From contig NW_003314439.1 of assembly GCF_000143415.4 (NCBI RefSeq), positions 65,337 to 129,336 on the forward strand: a stretch of DNA of 64,000 nucleotides, written 5' to 3'. Source of the DNA: Selaginella moellendorffii (taxonomy: Eukaryota > Plantae > Lycopodiophyta). Numbering within the stretch: position 1 is the stretch's first letter; the number at the start of each line of letters is the position of its first letter. The translations under genes and the position numbers were made by a program. The notes under the pieces were generated by a model. The model had not been told where the DNA came from. It searched no databases and saw only the letters and a program-made list of their open reading frames with translations. Shown here in pieces: positions 35,720 to 47,570 of this stretch.

Positions 35720-36305
35720 ATGGCTGCGAGGATTCTAGTCTTGATGGCGCTGCTCGAGGAAGGATATGGCAGCCGCGGGATGCTCGAAGACTTGGGAAAC
35801 GCGCACAGAAGAGTTCCAGAGGAGGAATCGAGCGCTCCTCCGCCAGCGTCGTCTTCGATCGCCGCCAGTGGCTCCGCCGCGACTAGGCCAGCGCTGGGAT
35901 TCCCTCTGGGCACAGCGCTCATCCTCTTCCTCGTTTTCGGAGTGAGTACTCTCTTCTCTTGCTGCTACCACTGGGAGAAGATCCGGAGCCACACTGGCAG
36001 GCTCACTGCAAACCGGAGCTCCGCCATGGATTCATCCGCGACGAGTTCCTCCGCTGCTGATGGCGCCGCCGGCGATCGATGCTGCGAAATCGATCCACCC
36101 AAGTGCACCAAACAGGTGGGAAGAACTTTTTTCCTGGTTCTCGAGGAGCTAATCGAGTGTGTTCTTGCATTGACAGTCTCTCATCTTGCCAGTGTTGATG
36201 CCTGGCGATCAAATCCCTAGGTACGTCGCGTGGCCCTCCCCTCATGGAATCCCAGACGAAGCTATTACTAATGCTAGTTTACACGATAACTATTGTCAGT
36301 TATGA
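35720..36305 (+). CDS. At5g65660-like single-pass membrane protein, 2 exons
   Basis: RPALGFPLGTAL..FSCCYHWEKIRS, intron 36116-36176, then LPVLMPGDQIPRYVAWPSP. Confidence 0.85.
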
Positions 36306-36378
36306 CGTGGATCCTTTAATGTCCAGGCTAAAGAAAGCCCTAAGGTTTAAATGCAAACCGAGCTTTTGAATGCGCGGC

Positions 36379-36455
36379 TGACACGTGTCACGATCTCGTT
36401 GCTTGGTTACCGCGAACAAACCGCAAGAGCTAGGGTTTGCCTGGCGGTAGGGTTT
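36379..36455 (+). promoter_or_regulatory. Palindromic G-box (TGACACGTGTCA) and two telo-boxes (TAGGGTTT) upstream of Pur-alpha
   Basis: Motifs at 36379-36390, 36431-36438 and 36448-36455. Confidence 0.65.
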
Positions 36456-36553
36456 GGGGGCGTGTGAGCGATCGGTTTTGAAAAAATGGAGGCGGATTGA
36501 GGCTTGTTCTCGCAGATTCTCCGCGGCAGCGAGCTGCGAGCGCCCGGATTGCG

Positions 36554-37665
36554 ATGGATGGCGTCACCGGAGGCGATGTGGAGCTCATGTCCAAGAGCTT
36601 GCAAGTGGAGCACAAGCTCTTCTACTTCGACCTCAAGGAGAATCCGCGCGGCCGATACCTGAAAATCTCGGAGAAGACAACCACCTCGCGCTCCACAATT
36701 ATCGTCCCGGAGAGCGGCATTGTGTGGTTTTTGGATCTCTTTAACCTCTACTCTAACGGGGATGATAAGTTCGAGAGCAAGGAGCTCCAGATGGATACCA
36801 AGGTTTGCTTTAGTGTCTTTTCCCTAAGAGAGATTCATCACACTCAATCGATCGATCCTGCGCAGGTGTTCTACTTTGATGTTGGGGAGAATCCTCGAGG
36901 CCGGTTTCTCAAGGTGAGTGATGAGCGAGTTCTTTTTTCCTTTGGAGGGAAGCTTTGAACTCTTGAGCTCGAACAAGAGAATGAATTTCCATGTTGGTAG
37001 ATCTCGGAAGTCTCGGCAGCGTCGGTCCGAAGCACGATCATCGTTCCCTCTGGCAACGATGCCGACGAGGGCTGGGTCCAATTCCGACATGTTCTAGCGG
37101 AAATTCACGAGGCATCGCAGATGCTCTTGTCTTCCATCGAGAACCGTCAAGTAAGTTCTCAAGTTCTTCTCAAGTTCCAAAGTTTGATTTTCCTCTTTTT
37201 CCTCAAAGATTGGAGCTCCAGAGTCGTCGCCCATCAACGCTGGATTCTACGACGGACCCGTAAGGAACGGCCCGACCGTAGCTCCTCCGAGCAACGATAC
37301 GAGTCGGATGAGCTCCACTGCCAGAGTTTTGCGAGCCGAGCAAAAAAAGTTCTTCTTTGATCTCGGCTCCAATGCCCGGGGCCAGTACCTTCGAATCTCA
37401 GAGGTAAACTTCATACAATTCGATTCATTGATCTCCTCGCTAGCTCACTCCATAGTTTTTTTTTCTAGAGCGATTGATTTCCTAGAATTATTTTCTAAGG
37501 CTATTTTGTCCCCAGGTAATTGGTGGTGATCGATCGGCAATCATTCTTCCAGCATCAGCACTAGAGCAGTTTCATGAAACCGTGGGAGAATTTGTGGAAT
37601 TACTCAAAGCCCAGGAACAACAGGTCTCCAGCGCTGTTCTCGCGGACCCCGGCTACACAAAGTGA
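36554..37665 (+). CDS. PURA1: Pur-alpha transcription factor, 5 exons
   Basis: Three PUR repeats: KLFYFDLKENPRGRYLKISE, VFYFDVGENPRGRFLK|ISE and KKFFFDLGSNARGQYLRISE. Confidence 0.95.
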
Positions 37666-37745
37666 AGAAAGAAAAAAATTCAGTGTTTTTGCTTCTTTAC
37701 CCTTTTTTACCCTGTTCGCGTTTTTTGTAACCGTCGGATCGTGGC

Positions 37746-37836
37746 CACGTGTCAGCTTCTGGCTTTTGCCATTTGAATTTCCCGCCATTTTGCCATTTAG
37801 GGTTCTTAGCTCTGGAGCTCCCCGTGTCGGCGGGAA
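37746..37836 (+). promoter_or_regulatory. E2F sites and G-box in the SMC2 promoter
   Basis: TTTCCCGCC at 37778-37786, GGCGGGAA at 37829-37836 and CACGTG at 37746-37751. Confidence 0.65.
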
Positions 37837-37895
37837 TGAATGGCGGGCAGCGAAGCGGCGCGGCGCGGCGAGAGGTGAGCCACTAGGTTGCCGCG

Positions 37896-40800
37896 ATGTT
37901 CGTCAAGGAGATCAGTCTAGAGGGCTTCAAATCTTATGCGACGAGCACATTCGTCTCAAATTTCGATCCCTGCTTCAACGCCATCACCGGCTTGAATGGC
38001 TCCGGGAAATCCAACATCCTGGACTCGATCTGCTTCGTGCTGGGGATTACCAAGCTGGAACAGGTCCGCGCCAGTAATCTCAACGAGCTCGTCTACAAGC
38101 AGGGCCAGGCGGGTGTTACCAAGGCGACCGTCTCGGTCACTTTTGATAACTCTGATCGTAGCCGAAGTCCTATTGGATTTGAAGATATGAGTGAGATCAC
38201 TGTCACTCGCCAGGTACTGCCCCTTGCTTTGTTCTTTTGGGATTTTTCTACTTAGATTCTTTTCTTTCTGTGCTTAATGAGCTTACTGGCTCTTTGGTGG
38301 GCTTACAGGTGGTTGTGGGTGGAAGAAATAAGTATCTTATCAATGGTCATGTTGCGCAGCCCAGCAGAGTCCAGAATCTTTTCCATTCAGTCCAGCTCAA
38401 TGTGAACAACCCGCATTTTCTGATCATGCAAGGCCGGATCACCAAAGTTCTCAACATGAAGCCCCATGAGATACTGTCGATGCTGGAAGAAGCTGCTGGG
38501 ACCCGGATGTACGAGACGAAAAGAGTGGCAGCGCTGAAAACCTTGGAGAAGAAGCAGACTAAGGTGAACGAGATTGATCAGATGCTCGAACAAGAGATTC
38601 TTCCGGCACTGGACAAGCTCAAAAAGGAAAAGTGCCAGTACATGCAATGGGCAAAAGCTAACGAGGACATAGAACGGCTTGACAGGTTTTGCACTGCGTA
38701 TCGTTACGTGGAGGCTGAGAAGATTAAGAATGCGGGAACCAGCGAGATAGATGCTCTGAAGTCCAAGATAGACGGTTTGCAGGAAAATATAAACACTATC
38801 GAAGCACAGATTCAAGATAAGGAGGCCACTATTCGGGAATTAACGTCTGCGAAGGAAAAGAAAACTGGTCAAGAGATGAAAGGTCTGGCTGATGTTGTTG
38901 ACAAGCTTTCAAGTTCACTTGTCAAAGAAACATCGGCTTTTACAAACGAGAAAGATCTACTAGATGCCGAAAGAGTCTCAGCAGAGAGGGTACGAAGCAC
39001 CTTTTTTTTTTTCTTCTAATTTGGCCTGAAGTGTTTTGCTGGCCTTGCAGCTTTTGAAGAACATGGCCGATTTGGACTGCCTTGTAGACCAGAAAGTTAA
39101 CGCTATTCAAAAAGGAGACACCGAGTCGTCAGGGATTCGAGAAAAAACAAACAACCTTTCCAAATTGCTGGAGGAACTTGAAACAGAATACCAGGTACTG
39201 GAATGCGGTAACCGCTTTCTGAACTTTAATTGGTGTTTTCAGAGTGTTCAAGCTGGGAAAGGCGGAGGTGGAGATCAGAAGTCCCTGGCAGAACAACTTG
39301 CTGATGCAAAAGCTGCCGTTGGGCGGGCTAGCACAGAGTTAAAGCAAGTTAGCACCAAAATCCTGCACACCGAAAATGAGCTTAAAGAGAAAAAGAAGGC
39401 CCTGGAATCCAAAACGAAAGAAGCGTCTTCGCTGCAAGTCGAACTACAGTCGAGAAAAGCTGAAATCGACAAGATTTTAAAGACATTGGAGGGTGTAACT
39501 TATGAAAATGGTCACATGGAGCGACTGGAAGAGGTACTTTTCTCACTTGTTTGTCTTCCGTGTTTAGCCGTAAGTTTTGTTTCTCAGAGTCGGAAGCAAG
39601 AGCTTGAGATGGTTGAAAATCTGAAACAAGAAGTTAGCAATCTTGGGAGCAGTCTGGTTGGTGTAGAGTTTTCTTTCGAAGATCCCGTCAATAACTTTGA
39701 TCGCCGTCGGGTAAAAGGTGTCGTAGCCCGACTTATACGTGTTGACGATTCTACAGCTGTGGTGGCACTCGAGGTTTGTTACCTTATTCCTGCTTTAACT
39801 GATGTTTTGAATTATTTATGGCAGGTTGCAGCCGGAAGCAAACTTTATAACGTTGTTGTGGATACAGAACAGACTGGTAAGCTGCTGCTTGAGAAAGGTA
39901 AATTGCGCCGGAGGGTTACGATCATTCCGCTTAACAAGATTCAAGCGAGCACGATACCATCCAGAGTTCAAGATGTGGCGGCCAGCATGGTACCAGTTGA
40001 TGCATACTATTTGTTGATTCTTTGTTTTATAGGTAGGTCCAGAAAACTGTAGAACAGCGCTTTCGCTTGTGGGTTACGACCGCGAGCTTCAGGTAATTTT
40101 GTCCGGTTGCACATACGCCTTATTCTTGTTCACAGGCTGCGATGGGATTTGTGTTTGGTGGTACTTTCGTCTGCAAGACTACGGACGTCGCTAAACAGGT
40201 GGGTCTCGCACTTTGTGTTCCTTTTTAAAGTTATCTGGCAGGTTGCGTTTCACAAAGATACAAGGACTGCTTCTGTTACGTTAGACGGTGATATCTTTCA
40301 ACCGAGTGGTTTACTTACTGGTGGCTCCCGGAAGTGCGTGCTCACTGTACATTGCTGAGCTGCTAATAACTTTCCCATGTTGCAGAGGCGGCGGCGAGCT
40401 ATTAAAGCAGCTCCATGCTTTATCGGAAGCCGAATCAAAACTAAGTACTCATCGGCATAAGTTAGCAGAAGTTGATGCCGAGGTATGCACTTATCTCTTC
40501 TTCTCCTTAAGCAGCCAGTTAATCAGTAAATTGTAGATTGCCAAAGTGAGTCCCATCCACAAGAAATATCAACAGTTGAAGTCCCAACTTGACCTCAAGC
40601 AGTATGACTTTTCACTATTTGAAAAGCGTGTAGAACAAAGCGAGCATCACAAGGTAAAACTTGTTTTCAACAATCAGGTGGTCTGAGTTTGGTGTGCTGT
40701 ACTGCAGCTTAGTGAAGCAGTAGCTGGTCTTGCAGCAGAACTGGATAATTGGAAGAAGGAAGCTCATAAAAAGGAAGAGTATCACAAAGAATGCCTTGGT

Positions 40801-42429
40801 ACCGCAGAAAACCTTGAGCAGGCAATTTCAGAGCATGGCCGAGGTCGTGAAGGTCGACTTAAGGCTTTAGATACCCAGATAAAAAGTGTAAAGCGCGAAG
40901 TGACGTCCGCATCTAAGGAGCTCAAGGTTTGTCATCGTTTTTTTCTCTATCCTTTGGTCTGAAACAAGTTTTATAGGACCATGAAGGTCTGAAAGAGCGA
41001 CTCATTATGGAAAAGGAGGCTGCAGTTCAAGAAAAGCAAGCACTACATAAGCAATGGACCGCGTCTGAGTCTCAAATAAAGAAGCTGGAAGCTGGTGTTG
41101 AGAAGCTTGCGTCAAAGGTTTTACCTTCGGTTTATTATTTCCTAGTGGATGTTAATTTTTGCCTCTAAGGTGAGGGAGCTAGAGGAAGAGTATCGGAACG
41201 CAGAAGAACAGCTCAATCACGGGAGAGCTAAACTTAAGGAATGCGATTCTCAGATAAATGCTCTAGTCACAGAGCAGAATCAGCTGCGTCAAAGTCAAAC
41301 TGAAGCCAATTTGGAAATCAAAAGAACCACTAATGAGGTAGGGAGAAAATCTTGTACTTCAGGTGTTGACGTCCTGTTACCCTTGTCAAGATCAAGCGCA
41401 TGGAGACAGATCAACGTAACAGTGCAGATACATTGCAGAAGCTGCGAAAAGATCATAAATGGATTGACACTGAGAAACAATTTTTTGGCAAGCCAGGCAC
41501 AGACTACGACTTTAGTAGTCGCGATCCTAAAAGTGCTCGAGAAGAGCTTGAAAGGAAGAAAGCTGAGCAGAACAAGTAAGCGCAGATCACAGCTTCTTCC
41601 TCACTGACAGCGGTGCTATTTTGTAGCCTCGGCAAAAGAGTCAACACGAAGGTCATGACAATGTTCGAAAAAGCTGAACAAGAATGTAGTGAGCTGCTGA
41701 GGAAGAAAGGCCAAGTTCAGGTAAGCTAATCGTGAAATTTTTCTTTGCCGTGTGACGTGCATCGGCTGCTGGCAGGATGATAAAGCGAAAATCGAAGCGG
41801 TGATCAGGGAGCTTGATGAGAAGAAAAAAGAGACTCTAAAAGTTACTTGGCAACACGTGAACAAGTAAGCTAGCTTCAGCCGTTTTGCTTCATCCCAGCT
41901 TCATTGTTTTCAACACCAGGGATTTCGGATCCATTTTCTCCACATTGCTACCGGGATCAATGGCAAAGCTGGAACCTCCGGAAGGCTGCGGCTTTCTGGA
42001 TGGCCTCGAGGTTCGCGTTGGTTTTGGAGGGGTGTGGAAGCAGTCCCTCTCGGAACTAAGCGGAGGCCAGCGCTCCCTCATAGCACTGTCGATCATACTG
42101 GCATTACTGCTCTACAAACCAGCTCCGATCTACATCCTGGACGAGGTAAGGAAGCAACCTCATCGCATCTTTACAAGATTCGCTATCAGGTGGACGCAGC
42201 ACTCGACCTCAGTCACACCCAGAACATAGGCCGAATGATAAAGACACACTTTCCTCACTCCCAGGTATTGGCTTGTGCTGAAGTCACATTCTACTTCACA
42301 TCTATCTCCCTTGTTCCTCAGTTCATCGTGGTCTCTTTGAAAGAGGGGATGTTTAACAACGCAAACGTTATCTTCCGTACTAAGTTCGTGGATGGAGTGT
42401 CAACCGTAACAAGGACAGGCAAATCATAG
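37896..42429 (+). CDS. SMC2: Condensin subunit SMC2, about 20 exons
   Basis: LEGFKSYA, Walker [13 protein letters not shown], hinge ([23 protein letters not shown]), signature LSGGQRS, Walker B YILDE|VDAALD, and [10 protein letters not shown]. Confidence 0.97.
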
Positions 42430-42576
42430 GCAACTTGCGGGGGGAACGAATATACCTATTAGAAGATTCCTTAATCACATTAATATTTTTTGTTATAGAT
42501 TGTTACATGAATCTAGTGTTCATCCTTGCCATGACTGTAGAAAGGGTGGAAATAATTGAAGTATTGTTTGATTGAC

Positions 42577-42967
42577 ATGGCAACTAAGGTGGATAAAACT
42601 CAGCCATATGGCAAATTTTAAGGAGAATCACAAGGTGGATAATATTCGAGCTCTCCATAATTCTTCGTGCAATGCAGCCATGGCTAGTGTCCTCCTTCCA
42701 GCACTCAAGCAATGCAGGTGTAAGAAGTATTGTGCCCGTCCTTTCACAGCTCAAGTCTTCTAGAGATATAGACGAGGCAAGGAAAATCCATGCTAGTGTT
42801 ATCAACAATGGTTTGGAAGACAATCTCTACGTTGCTAGCAGCCTTGTCACCGTCTACTCCAGGTGTGGCAGTCTGGTGAACGCCAGCAAAATGTTCCACA
42901 AAACGAAGCACCACAACGCTATCCACATTCAGGCATATGCCGTGAGTGGGGCTTTAGAAAACCTGTG
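42577..42967 (+). pseudogene. PPR gene fragment
   Basis: ARKIHASVINNGLEDNLYVASSLVTVYSRCGSLVNASKMF, about one repeat triplet, then a stop. Confidence 0.7.
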
Positions 42968-43256
42968 AGGAGGGGGGAAATAAAAATAAAACTGGAGTGT
43001 ATAAAATTAATTCAATGTATATTTCAAAATGCATTTAAGATTGGTAAAGAGATTAGTAAATACAAGAAGAAAAAGCAAAACATTTTAAAACTTATATTAC
43101 CAAAAGAATTCTAATAGTTATTAGCCAAAATAGCAGTCAATTCAAACTCATTTAGTATGCTATTGTAAAGGACGATGACAGTATGATAAAATCAAAGCTG
43201 GGGTAATTTAATTTTGGATATAAAACATGCCTTCTTGATCCAGGAATGACAACAGA

Positions 43257-44210
43257 ATGAATTACACTACTGAAATGCTTGTGATCGTATCAGTTTTGTT
43301 CCAACTTTCACTCTCTCAGCCATTCCCACCCCCGGCAGTTCCGAGAGTTTTACCACAAGTATCATATTTGAGCATGGCATATTATCTATCACAGGTTGAA
43401 TTTGAAAGTCTTTTAGATGCTATAACCAATTATATTTCATCATTTTCTACCCTGGAAAGATATTATCTCCAAAGCTGGTCATTCACGCATAGTCTTAGTC
43501 GATTCGGAATAAGAATTGTTCTTGCTGTGAGCACACCACATATTTCAACTGATACTGCAATTCCTTTGGTGTGTACACAGGGTGGGGTGCGGACAATGCA
43601 ATATGGTGGTGCTACTTTGTGGGCCTATTTTTCTACCCTACGTGATGCATTGAGAGAACAAGCGGCATCCAACAATGAGAGGACATTTTTCTGTGGGGCT
43701 ATAAGAGTAGAATATATGAATTTTAGGATCGAATACACAATTCTAAGTTATCAGGATAGTTTGCATGGTCTTCTACATACAAACATAGTTTCTAATCTTG
43801 ATGATAATGATCAGGGAAGCTGCTGGATATTCAGGTCTGGGCTCTCTGGAGGTGACTATGGCGTTGTGGGTTCTTACATTTTACCAGAAAATAGTTTAGT
43901 CTCTGGTAATAACAAGTACAAATTAACTCTAGAAATGAACTGTAAACTTGTTTTATACAAAATGGGTCATATTATTATATGGGAGAGTCCAAACACATCA
44001 CATATTTGCTACTGTGCGATATTAAAAAGAGATGGCAATCTTTTCATAGTTGACAAGGGAAAGGGTATCCTATGGCACACAAATATATATTGTCATGACA
44101 ATAAGCATTCTTGCGTGATAACGGCAAGTTTATTGGTAACTGACTATGGCAATGTAGAAATAGTTGATACAGACAATCAAGAACTCTTGTGGAGAGCCCT
44201 GGGAAATTAG
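43257..44210 (+). CDS. Secreted protein with an unknown N-terminal domain and a C-terminal bulb-type (GNA/B) lectin domain
   Basis: Intact 317-aa ORF in AT-rich DNA with a signal peptide. The C-terminus reads SLVSGNNKYKLTLEMNCKLVLY..IWES..LKRDGNLFIVD..ILWHTN..VTDYGNVEIVD..LLW. Confidence 0.8.
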   Translation: MNYTTEMLVIVSVLFQLSLSQPFPPPAVPRVLPQVSYLSMAYYLSQVEFESLLDAITNYISSFSTLERYYLQSWSFTHSLSRFGIRIVLAVSTPHISTDTAIPLVCTQGGVRTMQYGGATLWAYFSTLRDALREQAASNNERTFFCGAIRVEYMNFRIEYTILSYQDSLHGLLHTNIVSNLDDNDQGSCWIFRSGLSGGDYGVVGSYILPENSLVSGNNKYKLTLEMNCKLVLYKMGHIIIWESPNTSHICYCAILKRDGNLFIVDKGKGILWHTNIYCHDNKHSCVITASLLVTDYGNVEIVDTDNQELLWRALGN

Positions 44211-44699
44211 ATTTGGATTCAAAGGAGTCAGAATGAATTCAAGAGATTGTTGCTAAGTTCTCGTCTTGTCCTAAGAAAACATATAACAGAATAGTGATGC
44301 TGATGAAATCTTGAAGAAACAATGGTATTCGGAACCAAAATCCCCTGGCGACAGCCTTAGATAGAGGAGATTAGGGCAGGATTAGGCAAGTTCTATTTTT
44401 TAGATCTCCACCATCCTTCTGCTTTTGAACTTCTATTAGTTCAATAAAAGTATATTATGTGTCACTTAACTAGCTTATTCCTATTGTCAAAAGGCATGTA
44501 TTTGCTCATTGGGAATATGCTTGACTTGCCATATTACTGAAGGTGGGACAACCTTTAACCTCTTCTTCATAGGCAAACATGTATAAACAACTTGTATTAT
44601 TGCTTATATCAGACAAACAGGTTTATTAATCCAATAAAAGTATGTTATGTGTCATTAACTGGTTTATGCTTGCTATTAATGGGCCATGTATTGCCTCAA

Positions 44700-45125
44700 C
44701 AGGCTCAGAACACACTCCCCAAACTCTCCCTACCCATGAACCAATCTTCACAAGCTAATTAAGTGGATCACACCACTTTCTTGGTGGTAGCCCATGTGCT
44801 TGATGTGGCTGATATAACAAACAAATTGGCCTCTGGAACCCTCTCATCTTTATTATCAACTTGGAAAATCGAGATCTTCTCAAAAGAGCTAAAGCCGATG
44901 GGAATCGAAGGTGCTTGAGTTGAGCATACCAAATATTGCAACTGATATTGCAATTCCTTTGATATGTACACTAGGGTCTGGATTCAAGTGAAAACAATTG
45001 CTATTCGTCCTAGACAAATAAAAGAACAACTGTATTGGAGATGAAAGAATAGAGACGCTTACCCAATGCTGACGAGATCGTGAAGAAACAATGGTATTCG
45101 ATTGCTTTTACTAGGAATCAAAATC
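44700..45125 (+). pseudogene. Deleted, degenerate tandem copy of the lectin locus
   Basis: 44935-44976 resembles 43544-43583 (caactgatattgcaattcctttgatatgtacac vs caactgatactgcaattcctttggtgtgtacac). 45067-45100 resembles 44298-44331. Confidence 0.65.
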
Positions 45126-46366
45126 GTGGGAGTTAGATGGACTACCTGCAATGCTTCATTGGTTCGATCGCTTCGCTGAAGAAATGATAGTGGCGTTAGA
45201 CCTACGAAGAGAGCTCTAAGCTCTTTCTTACCACTGTGGAAGCTCAACGAGGCCAGATCCAGGAGACGCTGGAGAGAGCTGGCGACGATCTTTTGCAGCT
45301 TCACGTCCTTGCACTGTGGACTTGACGAGACCGAGTGGAGCTGCTTCACCACCTGAGCACAGATCCGATCTGTGTAGGCGACGAAGAGGAAGTTTAGCCG
45401 GTTGGATCGGAGCATGGCCTCCTTGGTCCGGAAGAACTCCGCCACGAATTCTTCCAGCAAGTCGGGATCCAGCATCGACTTTTCCAGCCAGCCAGTGAAG
45501 GGAAAATCCAGCACCTTGGAGATGAGCTCGAGAAGAAAGTAGGAATTCTCGAGCAGCTGGGTGGTGTCCTCCGCGAATGGATCTCTCGCCTGCGACAGCG
45601 CCTCGGCAATGACTGCGAGCTGGCCAGATACGTCGGTCAGGATCCTGTGGCCGATGCAAGGAACTTCGGCGAGGTGGAGGAGGACCTTCTCGATGAAAGG
45701 CCTGTGATCGAGCTTGAGAGCGTCGTCCTTGGATTTCTCTGCCGAGTCCGTGAAGCTCATCACCTTGCCGACGAGGCTCCCAATCAATCTCTTCGTGGCG
45801 CTCTGGGCCGCCGTGGAGAATCTCTCGCCGCCAATGCTGGAGACACAGCTCTCAAAGAAATCCACAGCCTGGTGGAGCCACACGGAGAAAAGCTGGACGT
45901 TCGTACTTGACACGAGCTCGACGATGAGATTCGCCATCTCCGTCAAACGACGAGCCCTCTCTTCGTCCTGTTCTTGGTTGCCGGCATCGAGGAGGCGGCG
46001 TTTCTTGCAGCCATTGAGGAATCGGACGCAGTCCATGAGGCGAGCGACAGATTCCTCGTGGAACTCCGGTTGCGCCAGGATATTTCGCTGCAGGCGAGGA
46101 GGCGGAGTGGAAGAATCCGTGAAGCACTTGCACAGGACGCGCGGCACCAGCGGCTCCGCGGAGCTGGAGCGCAACCTCTCGATCTCGCTCCGGAGCAGCG
46201 AAATTTCATCCTTGAGCCGCTTCTTGGCCGCAATGCCACCGCGATCCGCCCCGCCGCGGGACTTGACGATCGCAACGGCCAGCGCCAGGCGCACTGCCTG
46301 GTACGACTGCGCTGGCTGTGGCTGTGGATCCACATCCATACCTGGCAACGCGCTCGCCTCGAGCAT
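45059..46366 (-). CDS. PRD2: PRD2/MPS1 (MEI4-like) meiotic recombination initiation protein; C-terminal splicing uncertain
   Basis: VRLALAVAIVKSR, KDEISLLRSEI and LVPRVLCKCF match my recollection of the plant PRD2 N-terminus (SLRLAIAVSLLRS..KEIIRL..SCKC). Further conserved-looking segments are HQAVDFF and IGHRIL. Confidence 0.7.
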   Translation of the reverse strand: MLEASALPGMDVDPQPQPAQSYQAVRLALAVAIVKSRGGADRGGIAAKKRLKDEISLLRSEIERLRSSSAEPLVPRVLCKCFTDSSTPPPRLQRNILAQPEFHEESVARLMDCVRFLNGCKKRRLLDAGNQEQDEERARRLTEMANLIVELVSSTNVQLFSVWLHQAVDFFESCVSSIGGERFSTAAQSATKRLIGSLVGKVMSFTDSAEKSKDDALKLDHRPFIEKVLLHLAEVPCIGHRILTDVSGQLAVIAEALSQARDPFAEDTTQLLENSYFLLELISKVLDFPFTGWLEKSMLDPDLLEEFVAEFFRTKEAMLRSNRLNFLFVAYTDRICAQVVKQLHSVSSSPQCKDVKLQKIVASSLQRLLDLASLSFHSGKKELRALFVGLTPLSFLQRSDRTNEALQVVHLTPTILIPSKSNRIPLFLHDLVSIG

Positions 46367-46522
46367 TCCTCCACCCCGCTCTTTTTCTTAGGGTTCTTCA
46401 GCTTCAAAACCCCGTCCGTCTCCCGCCCATCATGGCCGTCGATGCCAGGTTCAGAACAGACGGCCACGATGCGATTAAAACCAACGCCTGAGATTTGCAG
46501 TTTCTGATCTAGCGGCTGGGGT

Positions 46523-47447
46523 TCAAACTCTTCGATTGCAACGCACCCTCAGAAAAATGCCTCCTCCTGACCCCTTTCCAACGACGATTTCTTCGTCCGC
46601 GTAGAACCAGATGAAGAAAGGATCTTTGTTCCCGGGCTCTCGATCCAGCTCTTCTTTCTTGCTGATCGCGAATTGGAAGGGGCCGAGAGGCCCAACCTTG
46701 ACGCTCAGGGAATCGAAGATGAAGAAGAGCTTGTTCTTGGACCATGAGAAGCGTCCCATGAATTCTAGCACACCAAGAGGGCCGAGGTAGAGCCCGTTTA
46801 GTATGCTCTTTGTCTGTGATGATCCACATTGTTAACGACCAATCCTTGTGAAAGCTTTTGGAAACTTACAGTGGCATTGTATTGCTGCACAGCGGTGAAT
46901 GGGACGTATGTGCCACCTCCACCACCACCTTTCAAAGCTTCTCTCACCTTCAAATTGAAAGCAAAAATTAAGAGCAAAGTTCTAGATTTGTGACAAGTTT
47001 TCTTACCACTTTGGCTCCAGAAGCGAACACAAGCATCCAGCACCTTGGCTCAGCTCCACTACTTCCTCCCAAAGTCTCTAGAAAATTGGATGGATCCACG
47101 CGGGCTTTCTCCAAAACTCTAAATGCCGCAAACACCTCTGGAGCTGGGATTTTCTTGCTCTTGGCAGCGGCCTTTAGCACCAGAACGCTCTCCTCGACTT
47201 TGCTATCCACTTCCCCCACTGAACGATTGTGAAAGAAAGCTTTCTAGAATTTCTATACGAGTGAAAATTTACCTTGAGATTCTCCACTCGCAACCCTGGC
47301 ATGAAAATTTCTACTTCTGGTACTTATAACTTTCCTGTCCGCTTTGAGAGCTCCAAATCCCAGCGTACTATGGCGAGGATTTAAACATGAGTATTGACTC
47401 AAGCCTTTCGCCCATTCCACTCCCATCTCCATAAATGATAAGGGCAT
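46523..47447 (-). CDS. Fibrillin-like plastid protein (At1g18060-like), about 4 exons
   Basis: AAAKSKKI..EKARVDPSNFLETLGG..WMLVF, TAVQQY, GLYLGPLG, GRFSW and KDPFFIWFYADEEI. The start codon is ambiguous. Confidence 0.8.
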
Positions 47448-47477
47448 AAAGCTAAGATCCTATAACGCATATTCTTT

Positions 47478-47570
47478 CACACGTCATCGTGTTTAAGATA
47501 CACACGTCATCACGGTTTAAGGCGCAAAACCTTGACACGTCAGCTGCATTCAACGATGCGGCCACGTGGA
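47478..47570. promoter_or_regulatory. Cluster of four ACGT-core bZIP elements
   Basis: ACACGTCA three times (ACGT at 47481, 47504 and 47537) and CCACGTGG at 47562-47569, directly upstream of the fibrillin-like gene. Confidence 0.65.
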
